Assembly: GCF_009914755.1 (NCBI RefSeq)
Contig: NC_060928.1
Strand: one strand, 5' to 3'
Length of the DNA stretch: 64,000 nt
DNA from: the human T2T-CHM13v2.0 reference genome, Homo sapiens
The position numbers and the translations under genes are program-made. Below the pieces are notes generated by a model. That model was not told the DNA's origin. It made no database searches and worked only from the letters and a program-made list of their open reading frames with translations. Below are positions 17,776 to 32,732 of the stretch, one piece after another. Numbering within the stretch: the stretch's first letter is position 1; every line of letters starts with the position of its first letter.

Positions 17776-18075
17776 TTAGTGTACCCACATCCTCTCTTCC
17801 TTGTTTGTAATGGGCATTTGGTGGATTAGTGAGACACCCCCAAGAATTCAGGTGTTGTGTCTAGCTTTCATATTACCACTCTCTGTCAGGTCAGGCAATT
17901 AAGGATCTTGAATACCACCATCAACAGTAAATATTTCACATAGTGCCAGATTTACGACACCTTAGCCTCAGCACATGAAACCCAAACAATGGAATACTCT
18001 CTGCTCCCCATTTACTTTCCTATAACTGCTTATTAATCTCATGCATCATGAGCTACTACAGAATTAACCCTCACT

Positions 18076-18445
<370 letters not shown>

Positions 18446-20682
18446 TTATTTTAGAATCATGCTGAAGATATTTTATTACTTTAAAAGCTGGGAAACATAA
18501 ATACATTTTATAAAGAAGTTGGGCACCAGATCAACTATCATCCTTTGTTGTAAAATAAAACTGTGATTAATCAAACCCAATTTTCTTAACATCATTTTAA
18601 AAACACACACACATTTATTTCCTAAGGATGCCCTACAAGGACTGTCCTGTGCTCAGAACCTGCCTGGGGCTCTTGGCCTTTGAATGAAAAGAACTCATTC
18701 CAGACATTTCATAATCTCAAGTCATTACTTGCTTTCTGCTGGGTTGATAAAATACAGGACAATTCCACTTAAATGATCTTAAAAAGGTAAAACTAAACAA
18801 TATTTTATAGAGATGCATATGTGTATGGTAAAACTGTACAGAATGAAAAGGAAATAATAACCACAAAGGTTAAAAAAATGGTTACATCTAGGGGAGAGAG
18901 GAGGCTAAGTCTAGGAGGGATGGGAATCCATTTCTAAGGAACTGACTATATCCTATTTCTTGACTTGAGCATGAGTTACAAGAGTTTTTACTTTATAATT
19001 TACAAATTTCATATGTTCTTCTGTATGTAAGTTACAAAAATAAATAAATGCACTTACACAACCACTCCAAAATTTATCAGGGAGAGAAGGAAGAGTTCAC
19101 AGACTACCTTAAGTCCATAAACCCCAGGTTTATGGTTATCAAGCTAGGTGAAATCAGAGAAAAGGAAACTCTTTAGATTGTAAAATGATAAGGGAAGGAG
19201 GGAGCACTGAGAACAGGAAAAGTGAAAAACTGAAAAGGTGATGCAGAAAAAACATGAAGCTTCTGCGTCAGTTCATACCCTCTCACTTGGAGGAGAGCAA
19301 CATCTAGCACAGACATAACTAACAAATGCCCAAGCTTGGTAAGGAATGTGTTAGTGTCTGAAAAACATGTTAACTAATAAGGGGAAAGTGGAGCTCAGCT
19401 TGTAAAGAAATGTAAACTATTAAATAATTTCTTCTAAAAGAAATAAATCCAAAAATCGCAAGTTTAACCCTCTTACTCATTCCATTACATCGTCCTCACA
19501 CCCTTTAATGGAAAAAGGGCATATAAATGGTTAGAAAACTACAAACACCAATTACTGAATGCAAAAAGTACACAATGTCATGTCTCAGCAAAATATTATC
19601 AAAGAACCTAGAAAAGCCTTTGTCAACCTTGAGAAATTAGGGAACTGGTGAAAACTAATTACAAAATGTCATTTCCACCAGCTTTGGAATAAATACACAT
19701 ATTGCAACTAAATGATAAACACACATCTGGATCACATCTAGTCTGAACTCCAAAACAGGTCTTCACTGTACAGTCTCTTGTGAGAATGAAGCTTTCTGCT
19801 GAAGGTAACAGGAATCTAAGGTGGCCTACCCTGTTTAAATCCATAGGTCAGGCATGGCGGTATATCTTTGTAAAGTTTTTTCATTGTACTCTTGCAAGAA
19901 ATATTCACTTATATCCAGCAACTATTCATTATTTCACAAGGTTTGGGTTTACACTGAACAAAATTACCAATTATGTTCAAAACTGGTGTTCATATAGACA
20001 GCCAAATGCCTTATTTTGATGAAAAGTTGTAATAATGAGCATGGAGAATTATTTTTATGTTCCAAGATTCTACCAAAGGCATTAAATTGACTATTTCTTC
20101 AAGATGTTCTTCTCAAGTTTTCCTTTCATCCTACTTTCTACCCTCCATTTGTTCCGCACAGATACAATATCTTCTCTATTTTTCCAACTTTCTCTTAGTG
20201 GTTAAGGGAGTCACACAGAAAAGCTTCTCCACTTCATGGAATATTCGCTATATTCCACTTTATAATGAGGCTCTCAGTGAATCGTTCTCCTCCGACTCTC
20301 TCACTTCCCTATCTCCCTTTTGTTGCCAGTCCCCCTAGGTTTGTTCTTCCCTCTTGTTTTCAGATAACTCGGATTACCCAGTTGGAACCAAAGGCCAAAG
20401 AATGTCCTCTCTATTATGTTTGATTGAAAAGCCGCCCGGAAGAGGGAAGGGGTGTGGATCTACACTTATTCACTCTTTCACTAATGTGCCAAACTATTTG
20501 ATCCGTGCCGCTTTTGTGTACCCAAAACACAGTATCATAAAAGTAATTACAGGCCCGAAAATGATTCTCAGCCCAAATGAATGGCCTTTTGGAATGCTAT
20601 ATTCTGGACTTCTCTTTGCGTGGGGGAGGGTCTCACAACTAACGAAAACAAGTCCTACAGAAAACTGGTGAGCTCGGCGGCT

Positions 20683-20702
20683 GGGGGAGGGAGGGAGGGG
20701 GG
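20683..20702 (+). other. Canonical G-quadruplex motif GGGGG-A-GGG-A-GGG-A-GGGGGG
   Basis: Four G>=3 runs with 1-nt loops, read directly. Confidence 0.75.
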
Positions 20703-21151
20703 TCACAGGTCCGAAGTGCAAGGGACGCCGAAACAGGACTTGCCTCAGTTATGAGCACGTGCTCTGACCTGGCTGCGGCGGCGCAGGCAAACCCCTCGGA
20801 AGGTGTCGTTGTCCACCGAGACGGCCATTGACCTCTGACTCATCCAGAGATAAGTCATCAACCAGGCCACAAGTCCCAAGCCAGCAGCTCCTGGATTTAG
20901 TGTGCACGGAAAATTTGAGTTTCAGCTGTACGACCACTAGCAGTTAAAGACGGGTCTGAATTTCCTCGGGCTCGGCCGGAAAGTGAGGATGGCGATGGAA
21001 ATGCCACCCTCCCCGAGTCTGGCCTCTGAGAGTTAAAGAAGCCGGTCCCATCCCGGCGCGTGAAGGAGCTGCCGCTGTGTGGGGCAGGACCCGAGCGGCC
21101 CCAGAGCGCGCAGCTCTGGGTCCCCGCCGCCCCGTCCCCCGCGCCTCTCAC

Positions 21152-21263
21152 CTGCGGCCGAGTGGCCCGAGAGCGCACGGCCCCGGGCGCGGCGCTGGCC
21201 ACCAAGTTCGCGGCGCTCGCGTAGCTCTTCCTCCTCGTCCTCCCGCCGCCGGCCCTCAGCCAT
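21152..21263 (-). CDS. SH3D19: First coding exon (112 nt, phase 1) MAEGRRREDEEEELRERRELGGQRRARGRALSGHSAA-G, probably long-isoform SH3 domain-containing protein 19
   Basis: ATG (plus-strand CAT 21261-21263, context CGCCCATGG) in a CpG island; frame matches the ORF-track 21033..21770(-) translation; canonical donor CAG|GTGAGA with intron GT at 21151-21150, followed by G-runs. Gene name is recalled from the peptide, not searched. Confidence 0.8.
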
Positions 21264-21971
21264 GGGCGAGGCGCGGGGCGCAGCCGCGGGATGGCCAGCG
21301 AGCTGCGGCCCCGGCGCCCCAGAACGCCTGCACCCGGCGCCCCACGCCACCGCCCTCGGGCCGGGGGGAAGGCGGCTCCCGGAGAGGAGGCGTCGGCGGC
21401 GGCTGTGGAAATGGCCACCTCCGCGAACTCCACCTGCAGCCGGCCGGGCAGCGGCAGGGCGCGGGCCGAGCCGATTCCCCGCCTCCTTGCGGCGTCCCGG
21501 CGGCCTCTTAATCCCTGGCCTTTCCCACTCCCACTCCCGCTCTCTTCCCCCTTCCTCTTTGCCTTCCCCGCCCCGTAGAGCTCCACCGCGGATCGGGCGG
21601 GTTCGGGGCTGGCCTCGCCTCCTCAGGGAGGGGTTATCGGCCCCTAAGGCCGCCCCACAGCCACACACGCTGGAAACACCAGCTCGACCCAAACAAACGT
21701 GTGCAAAATAAATAAACGGGATAGGAAGAGGGGAAAGAGGAGGTGGCCTGGCCTCTTCCTGCCTTTTCACGATATTCCAGTGTCAACAGGAAACCCATTT
21801 GTTTGACACTTAAACAAAAAGAGGAGGAACCCGACCGGGGCCGAACTGGGAGAGATGGGACAGCTGGGAGCTGCTGAACTTTGGAACAAACTTGGCTTGG
21901 AGTTGGGTCGAGCCTCTGCAATGCACACTTTTTTCTTTCCCTCTCTTTTCGCCCTTAAAAACCTAGACTTG

Positions 21972-22272
21972 CGGGAGCACAGAGGATTTTTAGGGCAGTG
22001 AAACTACTATGCGTATGATTCTGTAATAGCGGATGCCTTTGTCCAAGCCCAAAGAATGTACAAAACCAAGAGTGAACCGCAATGTAAACTATAGACTTTG
22101 GGTGATTATGAGGTGTCAATGTGGGTTCATCAATTGTAGCAACTGTGGCACTCTGGTGGGGGATGTTGATAATGGGGGAGGCTATGCATGTGTGGGAGCA
22201 GGGGGTACATGGGAAATCTCTGTACCTTTAGCTCAATTTTGCTGTGAACCTAAAACTGTTCTTAAAAATAGT
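21972..22272 (+). mobile_element. L1MC1-like 3' end
   Basis: gaggatttttagggcagtgaaactact...aatgtaaactatagactttgggtgat...gggaaatctctgtacc...tgtgaacctaaaactg. Confidence 0.8.
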
Positions 22273-22279
22273 CTAGTAA

Positions 22280-22634
<355 letters not shown>

Positions 22635-23365
22635 TTAGGGCTAGGATATGGCTACAATTCCTAGAAGAACAGGAAGAAATGTGTTAAAGAGACCCATACG
22701 TGATTATTTGTAGAGAGGCAACTAGGGGAAGTGGAGAGACCACTGGCTCTGGAGTCAGAAACTGTAATTTGAAGCACTTAGCTGTGTGAGCTACCCCTAA
22801 GAAAGTTTTTCAAAGCTGGAAAGAACCGTGTAACCAAAGTTGTGTGTACCTGCACAATACACATCTTAGGTTCAGTAGGTGCACGTACTTACTTTCACAC
22901 AGAGAGGAAAAGATTCTGGAATTTCACCAAAAGATACCCAAGTAGCAGGCAGAAATATTACCTGGACATGAAACCTTAGGAAATTCCTGAGTGCGATGAA
23001 CAGGCCTTTATCTTTGGCGTCTTGCTCTATTTCTGAGAGATTACCAAGAGCTCCTAATGTTCAGCAAGTAGGAGAGAAAAAGAAAGGGAGAAAAGGGTCA
23101 CTGAAAATAGAATTGCCTGCCACACCTGAGTGCTGTTTCTTTGCCTTTTCAATAGTGGCTGTTGCCGCCTGAGAAAATCTTTCCGCTTTTAAGCAGATAA
23201 GAACCACAATCGATTCTGTGGAATTGAGGTCAAATCCACAAGTTAAAACTTTATTACTGCATAAGCGATTAAATAAGTAGACACTTAGAGAACTGGAAAT
23301 TAAGCCAACAACAATAAAACAAAGGTTCTGGACCTTTAGGGTTGTTTTAAATGTTTGGTAAGTGA

Positions 23366-23790
<425 letters not shown>

Positions 23791-24129
23791 TAATTTGGAA
23801 AGGCGTGAAAGTTGTTCTGGGTTTCCCAGCCAATTAGAGCTTCGGGAATCCACATTTTTGTGGTGGGTGGGTGGTGCATGCCCAAGCCCACTCTACAATT
23901 AGCAAACATTTATGGTAACTGTTGTGTGCCAAGTACCACTCTAGGTGCTGTGGGGAGACTCAAAAGAAGGAAAGAAATATCCATGATCACATCCTATGGT
24001 AGGTGCTTTTCACATATGTCTTCTCATTGCAAAAGAACAAAACATGTTCCCTGTCCTCCAATGAGAGAGGAAGGTCTATACAGTTTACACAAAACGAGAC
24101 AAAACTTGGTAAGTTCTTCAATAAAGATA

Positions 24130-25190
<1,061 letters not shown>

Positions 25191-25996
25191 AAATATAACT
25201 AGCTCACTACAAAAGCACAGAAAACAAACCAGGGAGAGGACTGCACTCTGAAGTCATCATATTGAGGAAGACAAACCAGATAGAAGTTACAAGCCAGAAC
25301 AATGTAATTATATGAAAGCAAACCAAAGGTGCGGCCAACTAGTAACTAAATAAACATGCTCAAACATCCTACCCACCCAAGTGACACAACAAGAGCCAAA
25401 CCCATAGAAGGAAAGTGATAAGAAACTTGGAATGAAAATTTACATCCTAAGAGTAAAACAAGATTCACCCTCAAAACTTGAAGGTATAAAAATTTTTTTT
25501 AAGAGATATTGAAAAAGGGCCCCCATTTTAAAAGACAATGTTCTTGGTTTCTCACTTTAGATATATAATCTTACATGAAGCAAAATGGTCTGCAAATAGA
25601 ACACTACAAAAAATAAGAATATACTATATAAATATATACGTGATGCAGTGTTTAGCAAATAGAAGCACAATAAATATTTGTTTAATGACTGAATGAATAT
25701 AATTCCAATTTTCTCTTGCTGAATCACCAGAAGGCATGAGTCGCAAGGCTTTACACTTAAAAAGTAACTATCTGGAGTTAAAAGTTTTCAGTTGAAGACT
25801 TCAATGGAGAAATAAGAAGGAAGAACAGGGATATACAATGGATTTTAAAACTACAGCATCTCCAAAGTTTTAGCTCTTCACGTAACAGAATTTTAAGATA
25901 TATTAAAGTAGAAGAGTGAGTCCATGAGTGGTTATTATGTTATTCTCCATATTTTCTATTTGCTTTTAATTTTTCATTTCAAAAAAAATAAAAGCA

Positions 25997-26260
25997 GGCT
26001 GGGTTCCATGGCTCATGCTTAAGGGCAGGAGTTCAAGGCCAGACTGGGCATCATAGAGAGATCCCATCTCTATTTAAAAAAGAAAAAATTAGTTGGGCCT
26101 GATGACATGTGCTTGTAGTCCCAACTACTCAGGAGGCTGAGTTGGGAGACTGACTGCTTGAGCCCAGGAGTTGGAGGCTGCAATGAGCTAATTATGCCAC
26201 TGCACTCCAGCCTGGGTGACAGACTGAGAACCTATATTAAAAATAAAAATAAAAATAAAG
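25997..26260 (+). mobile_element. AluJ with left-arm deletion
   Basis: tgcttgagcccaggagttggaggctgcaatgagct J-type right arm. Confidence 0.82.
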
Positions 26261-26384
26261 GAAAAGCTAAAAGTACAGTATAATAGATTGAGATAGCTAT
26301 AGTTTCTGTTTGTCCAGTGCTGTTTGTCCATAGTTTCTGCTTGTCCACTATAGTTCTGTCTGTCCACTTTAGGAAATTCTCCCT

Positions 26385-27490
26385 GTGGCAGATTATTGCA
26401 AAACTGTTCCAAAATCTTTATGCCTCCCTCTATTTATACATTTCTAATGTACATTTGCATCTTCTTCATCAAGAAGTGGTTCCAAATTCCAGCTACTCAG
26501 GAGGCTGAGGCAGGAGGATCACTTGAGCCCAGGAGTTTGAGGCTGCAGTGAGCTATGATTTTACCACTGCACTCTAGCCTAGGTAGCTGAGTGAGACCCT
26601 GACTCTAAAAAGTAAACACAAAAAAACAGGGTTCCCTGTATCCATGAAGCCAAGCTAGCCCTGGCATTTGCTTTGGCCGACTAGAATATGGCAGAAAAGA
26701 CAGTGTGTGAATTCCAAGTCTAGACCTCAAGAGGCCTTGTTTGCTTCAGTTTGTTCTCTTGGATGATGTATTAGTCTGTTCTCTTACATTGCTATAAGGA
26801 ACTACTGAGACTGCATAATTTATAAGAAAAGAGGTTTAATTGACTCACAGTTCTGCAGGCTGTGCAGGAAGCATGGCTGGGAAGACCCCAGGAAACTTAA
26901 AATCATGGCAGAAGGTGAAGGGGAAGCAAGTATATCTTCACATGGCCAGCAGGAGAGGGAGATAGAGAGAGAGAAAGAGAGAGAGACAGAGAGAGAGAGA
27001 GATGGATGAAGAGGGAAGTGCTACACACTTTCAAACAACCAAATCTCATGAGAACTCACTATCATGAGAACAGCAAGGGGGAAATCTGCCCCCATGATCC
27101 AATCACCTCCCACCAGGTCCTTCCCCCAACATTGGGGATTACAATTTAACACGAGATTTGGGTGGGACACAGAGCCAAACCATATCAGATACCTTCTACC
27201 ACCATGTGATCAAGCCAACATGAGCCAACTAAAGAATGCAACACTACATGAAGGAAAGGCCAGTTGTCCCAGCTGAGGCCATTTAGACCAGCATGCAGCC
27301 AACCAACCCCCAAACATGTGAAAGAACCCAGTTAAGATCAACAGAAATGCTTATCTAACCAACAAATGACCACAGACACATGACCCAACTAAGACTAAAA
27401 CCACTGCCACCTGGCCTGTAAACTTGTATGTGGTAAGAAGTGCTTACTGTTTTATATCAGTGAGGTTATGTGATTGTTTGCTATGCAGCA
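26385..27490. mobile_element. MLT1-type LTR interrupted by an Alu right arm (~26487-26612) and an MST LTR
   Basis: ttgctttggcc...tagaatatggcagaa...gtgtgtgaattccaagtctagacctcaagaggcc; 3' gtgattgtttgctatgcagca. Confidence 0.65.
26767..27187 (-). mobile_element. MSTA-type MaLR solo LTR with internal (GA)n
   Basis: tgtattagtctgttct...aagaaaagaggtttaattgactcacagttctgcaggctg...ccaatcacctcccaccagg...gagatttgggtgggacacagagccaaaccatatca. Confidence 0.85.
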
Positions 27491-27900
27491 TGTGCTGGTT
27501 TGGGATTCTCCAGGAATCAGTGGGCTGAAAGAGAGTTCTAGTACAAAAGTTTAGAGGGTTAACACCTGTGAAAGGAGCAAGGGAGACAGAAAGATTGGTC
27601 AAGGGGAACTGTCATACCACTATGCAGACCTGACAAAGCCTCTGCTAGTCCAACAGGAAGCTCTAGAATAAAGATCAGAATTCCACTTTTAATGTAAATG
27701 GGTGGGCCCTTGAATCACCACCTTGCTGAGTCATTGACTTAGACTGCATGAAAGCTGAGGCAGACACTGTGGGAGACACAAAGAGATGTGCCACTCAAAT
27801 CTCCCTCCAACAAAGCCTTGCTGCCCAGGTATGCTGGATATGGTATGCTATGTCAGTATGCTGACAGTCCCTAGCTTCAGTGTCTGCCTCAGCTGTCGTG
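27491..27900 (-). mobile_element. LTR16-like ERVL LTR (probable 3' LTR of the adjacent internal remnant)
   Basis: tgtgctggtttgggattctccaggaatcag...aacacctgtgaaaggag...gcagacctgacaaagcctctgc resembles the LTR16 family. Confidence 0.55.
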
Positions 27901-28660
27901 CAGATCTGTTCCTTGTATCATGAAAATCTACTTTTCCATACATGTTCAGGAAATAGCTCAGGTTACCCTCCATCACCACAGTTGGTCTCAGGGCCTCCAG
28001 TATAGTCTCCCTTCTCCACACTCCATCTAAATTCCTCTTGCCCCCCAGCCACCACCTCTGCTGGTCTTGGTGGCTTATCTAGTGGTATGACTCAAACATT
28101 CATTATTGAGTTTTCTTAGCCCCTAGTGATCATATCCTTCTCAGGTGGGAGTTGCTTCACTTGTCTGTTCACAGTTATGATCTATCAAGGGAGAACCAAC
28201 AACCAAGAAGCACCCAAATGGGTCATCTTGAGTTCCACACACATGTCTCCTGTTCCCGTTGTGTAAGATCAGTCTTCCACTGTTGATCAGAGTTATTATT
28301 TCTGCCAAGATGGTAAGTCTTCTTACCTGCTGGCCCCTAGCCACAAGAAACTCAGTGCCCAGAGGGCATCCATAATTTGTAATCAATTGGACCTTAGCTG
28401 CATCCTCTGGTGAGCATGTGCCCCTGCTGGCAACAGGACCTCTAACCTTATGGAGCCCCGGAAGCAAGACGTCCCCAGTAGGCCATTGGGAGTGATTGTA
28501 ACTGCAGCCAATCCTGGGTCCACCCCTCTGATTCCAGATTTACAGATTCTGATTGGAGATACAGCACCATGTAAAGGTCTCTGATACAATGTGTATACTG
28601 CATTCTGGAAGATTAAGCTCCATATTCTCAGGGTATTGCCTCTGACTTTGCATTTCATTT
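27900..28660 (-). mobile_element. ERVL (HERV16/HERV-L-like) internal remnant: integrase C-terminus and dUTPase, frameshifted
   Basis: Translations GNTLRIWSLIFQNAVYTLYQRPLHGAVSP...VTITPNGL and ILAEII...LILHNG...DPFGCFLVV resemble ERV-L integrase (AVYALNQRPIYGTVSP) and dUTPase (LLLHNGG...DPLGRLLV), as recalled. Confidence 0.75.
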
Positions 28661-28700
28661 ATGTCTTCAGCAGGAATACACATATATAAACTAGAGGTAA

Positions 28701-29011
<311 letters not shown>

Positions 29012-29638
29012 AAAACTTTTTAAAGTAAGTGTTATTTCACCCATCAAAAGCAAATCTATAAAGCATGTGAACATAAATTCTAAACTTCTTAAAGTTACAT
29101 TCATAAAACCAGTTATTATTAGTCCTTCCCCTCAAATAAAAATGAACAGTATATTGCAAAATCAAGACGAGGACTCTTAAGAGCTGTAGCTTCAGGTTCT
29201 AAATATAATAAAACACCTGCAAATGTCAAAAACGAGGGAGCATTTCCTTATTCCTTCATTTTGAAGAGTTATTCAGACTCATCTAAAAAAGAAAATGTTA
29301 ATGACACATCTGAAAAAAAAAATGTTAATGGTTTATATAGTGACCTAGAGCTTCTAACGTTCTTAGAAAGTCATGTCAGGTCAAGTTTTAATCCTTTTCT
29401 TTCACTATTTTTCTTTCTTTCTCTTTATTCCTGTCCATCTTTTAACTTCAAGATTTTCCCCTTTCTTCTTCCCTTCCTTTCAGTTTGCCTTTACCACTTT
29501 CTCTTTATGCCTCCTTGGCACTCTTTGGTTTTCTTAACTGCTGTGTGCCTCAATTTCTTCATCTGTAAAATGAGGATGATAATAATAATAATAGCTATCT
29601 CACAAGAAAATTGTAAAGATTAAAATGAGTTAATATAC

Positions 29639-30068
29639 TGTATTGGTTTGCTGAGGCTGCCATAAAAAAAGTACCACTAACTGAGTGGCTTAAACAACTG
29701 ATATTTATTGTCTCATAGTTCTGGAGACTACACGTCCAAGATCAATGTGCTGGGAGGGTCCTGTTCCCTCTGAAGTCTCTGGGGAAGGATCTGTTCCAGG
29801 CTTCTCTTCCAGCTTCTGGTAGGTCCTTGTCTTTTGGCAGCATAACTCAAATCTTCACATGACGTTCTCCCTGCATGCTTGTCTCTGCATCCAAATTTCA
29901 CCTGTTTATATAGACACCAGTCATATGGGACTAGGGCCCCACCCTATTTCAGTATGACTTTATCCTAAATAATCACATTGGCAGCAACCCTATACCAAAT
30001 AGGGTCACCTTCTGAAGTACTGGGACATTAACATAGGAATATTGGGGGAACAAAATTCAACTCATGAT
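29639..30068. mobile_element. MLT1B/C LTR inserted in a MIR (~29525-30130)
   Basis: tgtattggtttgctgaggctgccata...gagtggcttaaacaac...ttcaactcatgata; ~5-bp tatac flanks; MIR resumes on the other side. Confidence 0.8.
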
Positions 30069-30241
30069 ATATACATAAATCCCTTAGAACAGCTCCTGGC
30101 ATATAAAAGCACCACGTAAGTATTTGCTATTTATTGAATACATCCTGTACGTGCAGCCCTGTGTGAGATACTAAAGATATAACAGTGAATAGACACAGAT
30201 CTGTCCTTAAGATCTACCATGGATAAGATCCATGGTAGATG

Positions 30242-30364
30242 CAGGGTGACCAACCATCCCAGTTTGTCCAAGACTGATGTGTGTTTGGGAGGTTTTGAGA
30301 CACAAGACTTTCAGTGCTAACTCCATAAAAGCCCCAGGTAAACCAGGCCAAGTCATTCACCCCA
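30242..30364. mobile_element. MER81
   Basis: cagggtgaccaaccatcccagtttgtcc...gactttcagtgcta...tcacccca. Confidence 0.75.
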
Positions 30365-30416
30365 GAGGTGAACAAGATAGGGAGGATATACTCTTAGAGG
30401 GAACACAGAAGAGGCA

Positions 30417-30862
30417 TTGTGGCAAAAACTGCTAGTTTCCCCCAATATCTGTTTTCTCCTTGGCATTTGGCGGTCAAGAATAGAGACGACATTCTCCAGT
30501 GTCCCATGGCATTATGCACGGCCATGGGATTATGTTCTGGCCAGTAGGAAATGGTACATATGACTTTACAAGAATGTATTGAAGGGAAGAGGCATTCCTT
30601 CTTTAGCTCTTTCCTCTGTTGACTAGAATTTGGATGTAATGGCTGGAACCAGAGCAGTCATCTTGGATCACAAGAAGAAGGCCAAATGTTGAGAAACTGA
30701 AAAAAGACTGGACTCTTGATGATTATGGAGAAGGCATATCTGCTATGGACCTCATACTTCTAGACTTCATTTATGGGGGAAAAAAAGAAACTTCTACTTT
30801 TTAAAGATATGGTTATTTTGTGTTTTCTGTTACATACTTAATATAATTCAAAGTAATACAGA
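30417..30862. mobile_element. MLT1J/K-type LTR
   Basis: ggccatgggattatgttctggccagtagg...gatgtaatggctggaaccagagcagtcatcttgga...tgttttctgttaca. Confidence 0.6.
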
Positions 30863-30967
30863 CATTAAATTCTGTTTTAAACAGACATGAAGGGAGCTAA
30901 GAGGGAAAGAAAGTGTACCAAACAATAGAAACCGTGTATGTCACGCTTGCAACAAAAAGAGAATCTG

Positions 30968-31372
<405 letters not shown>

Positions 31373-32049
31373 CTAAACCAGAGTGTCAATAATAGCTGGC
31401 ACACATATGATGCCATTCTAAGTGTTTTACATAGCTCAACTCACTTAATCCTAACAAAAACTCCATGAGGTAGATACTGTTTGTATCATCATCTTACAGA
31501 AAAGAAAACTGACATAAGAGTTATAGAGATATAATGATAAGATACAATGAATGTCCAACCAGAATTCTAGAACGGAAAAGAGAAAAGAACTGAGGAAAGG
31601 CAACATTTGAAAACATAATGACTGAAAATGGTCCAGAATTAATAAATGTCATGAATCTTCAGATAAATGAAGTGCGATGAATCTCAATTTGGTCTCTAAA
31701 ATAATGCTAATACAAAACACAATAGCTAAATTTATTCAATACTTAAGAGTTAGGTACTATTTTAAGTACATTACATAAATTATATCATTTAATCTTCACA
31801 GCAACTTTAAGGGATAGTTCCTGTGATTATTCCCACTTTGCAGAAAAGGAAACTGAGGCACAGAGAAGTCAAGTAACCCTCCTAAGGACACAGAGCCTGC
31901 AAACAATAGAGCTGGATTCAAACTCAGACAATTTGATCCCAAAGAAGGCACTTTTCACATCACTTCTTTGCAAAATCTCCTCTGGGGGACAGCAAAGAGT
32001 TTGGGATATTTAAGTGGAGCAGACCAAATGGCAATTAAAGGTATAGGTC

Positions 32050-32265
32050 TTTTCATTGTCCAATAGAACTTCCTGTGATGATGGCAATGCTCTATATCTG
32101 TGTTGTCTAATGTGGTAGCAAGGAGCACATTTACTATTGGACACTTGAAATGTGGCTAGTGCAGCTGAAGTGCTAAATTTTAAATTTCATTTATTTTTAA
32201 TTAATTAAAATTTAAATTTAAATCCCTACATGTGACTGATGGCTACCATATTGGACAGCACAGGT
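32050..32265. mobile_element. MER3 (hAT-Charlie)
   Basis: tgtccaatagaacttcctgtgatgatgg...cacttgaaatgtggctagt...ggctaccatattggacagcacag. Confidence 0.85.
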
Positions 32266-32359
32266 TCAGAGCTAGTGCAGAAATCCAATTTGAAGGCAAG
32301 GTTAATTCACTACTCCTCTTGACCTCATACTGAAATAGCTGGGTGCCTCCCAATTTTAG

Positions 32360-32732
<373 letters not shown>

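Larger units (their letters stand above)
20650..21750. promoter_or_regulatory. CpG island / promoter and 5' UTR of the minus-strand gene
   Basis: Sharp rise in GC and CpG against the CpG-depleted flanks; GC box (plus CCCCGCCCC ~21565-21573); purine/pyrimidine tract 21520-21570; contains the ATG exon. Confidence 0.92.

Noticed and set aside
20897-21921. Several long overlapping ORFs (229, 210, 144, 95 aa) on both strands
   Set aside because: They are low-complexity R/G/P/A translations expected from stop-poor CpG-island DNA; only the MAEGRRRE frame has an ATG plus a splice donor.
28141-28658. Integrase/dUTPase-like ORFs as a functional retroviral gene
   Set aside because: Short, split across frames and degenerate; no catalytic core retained.
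29280-29331. ~27-bp imperfect duplication atct(a/g)aaaaa..aaaatgttaatg
   Set aside because: Ordinary A-rich slippage with no functional indication.
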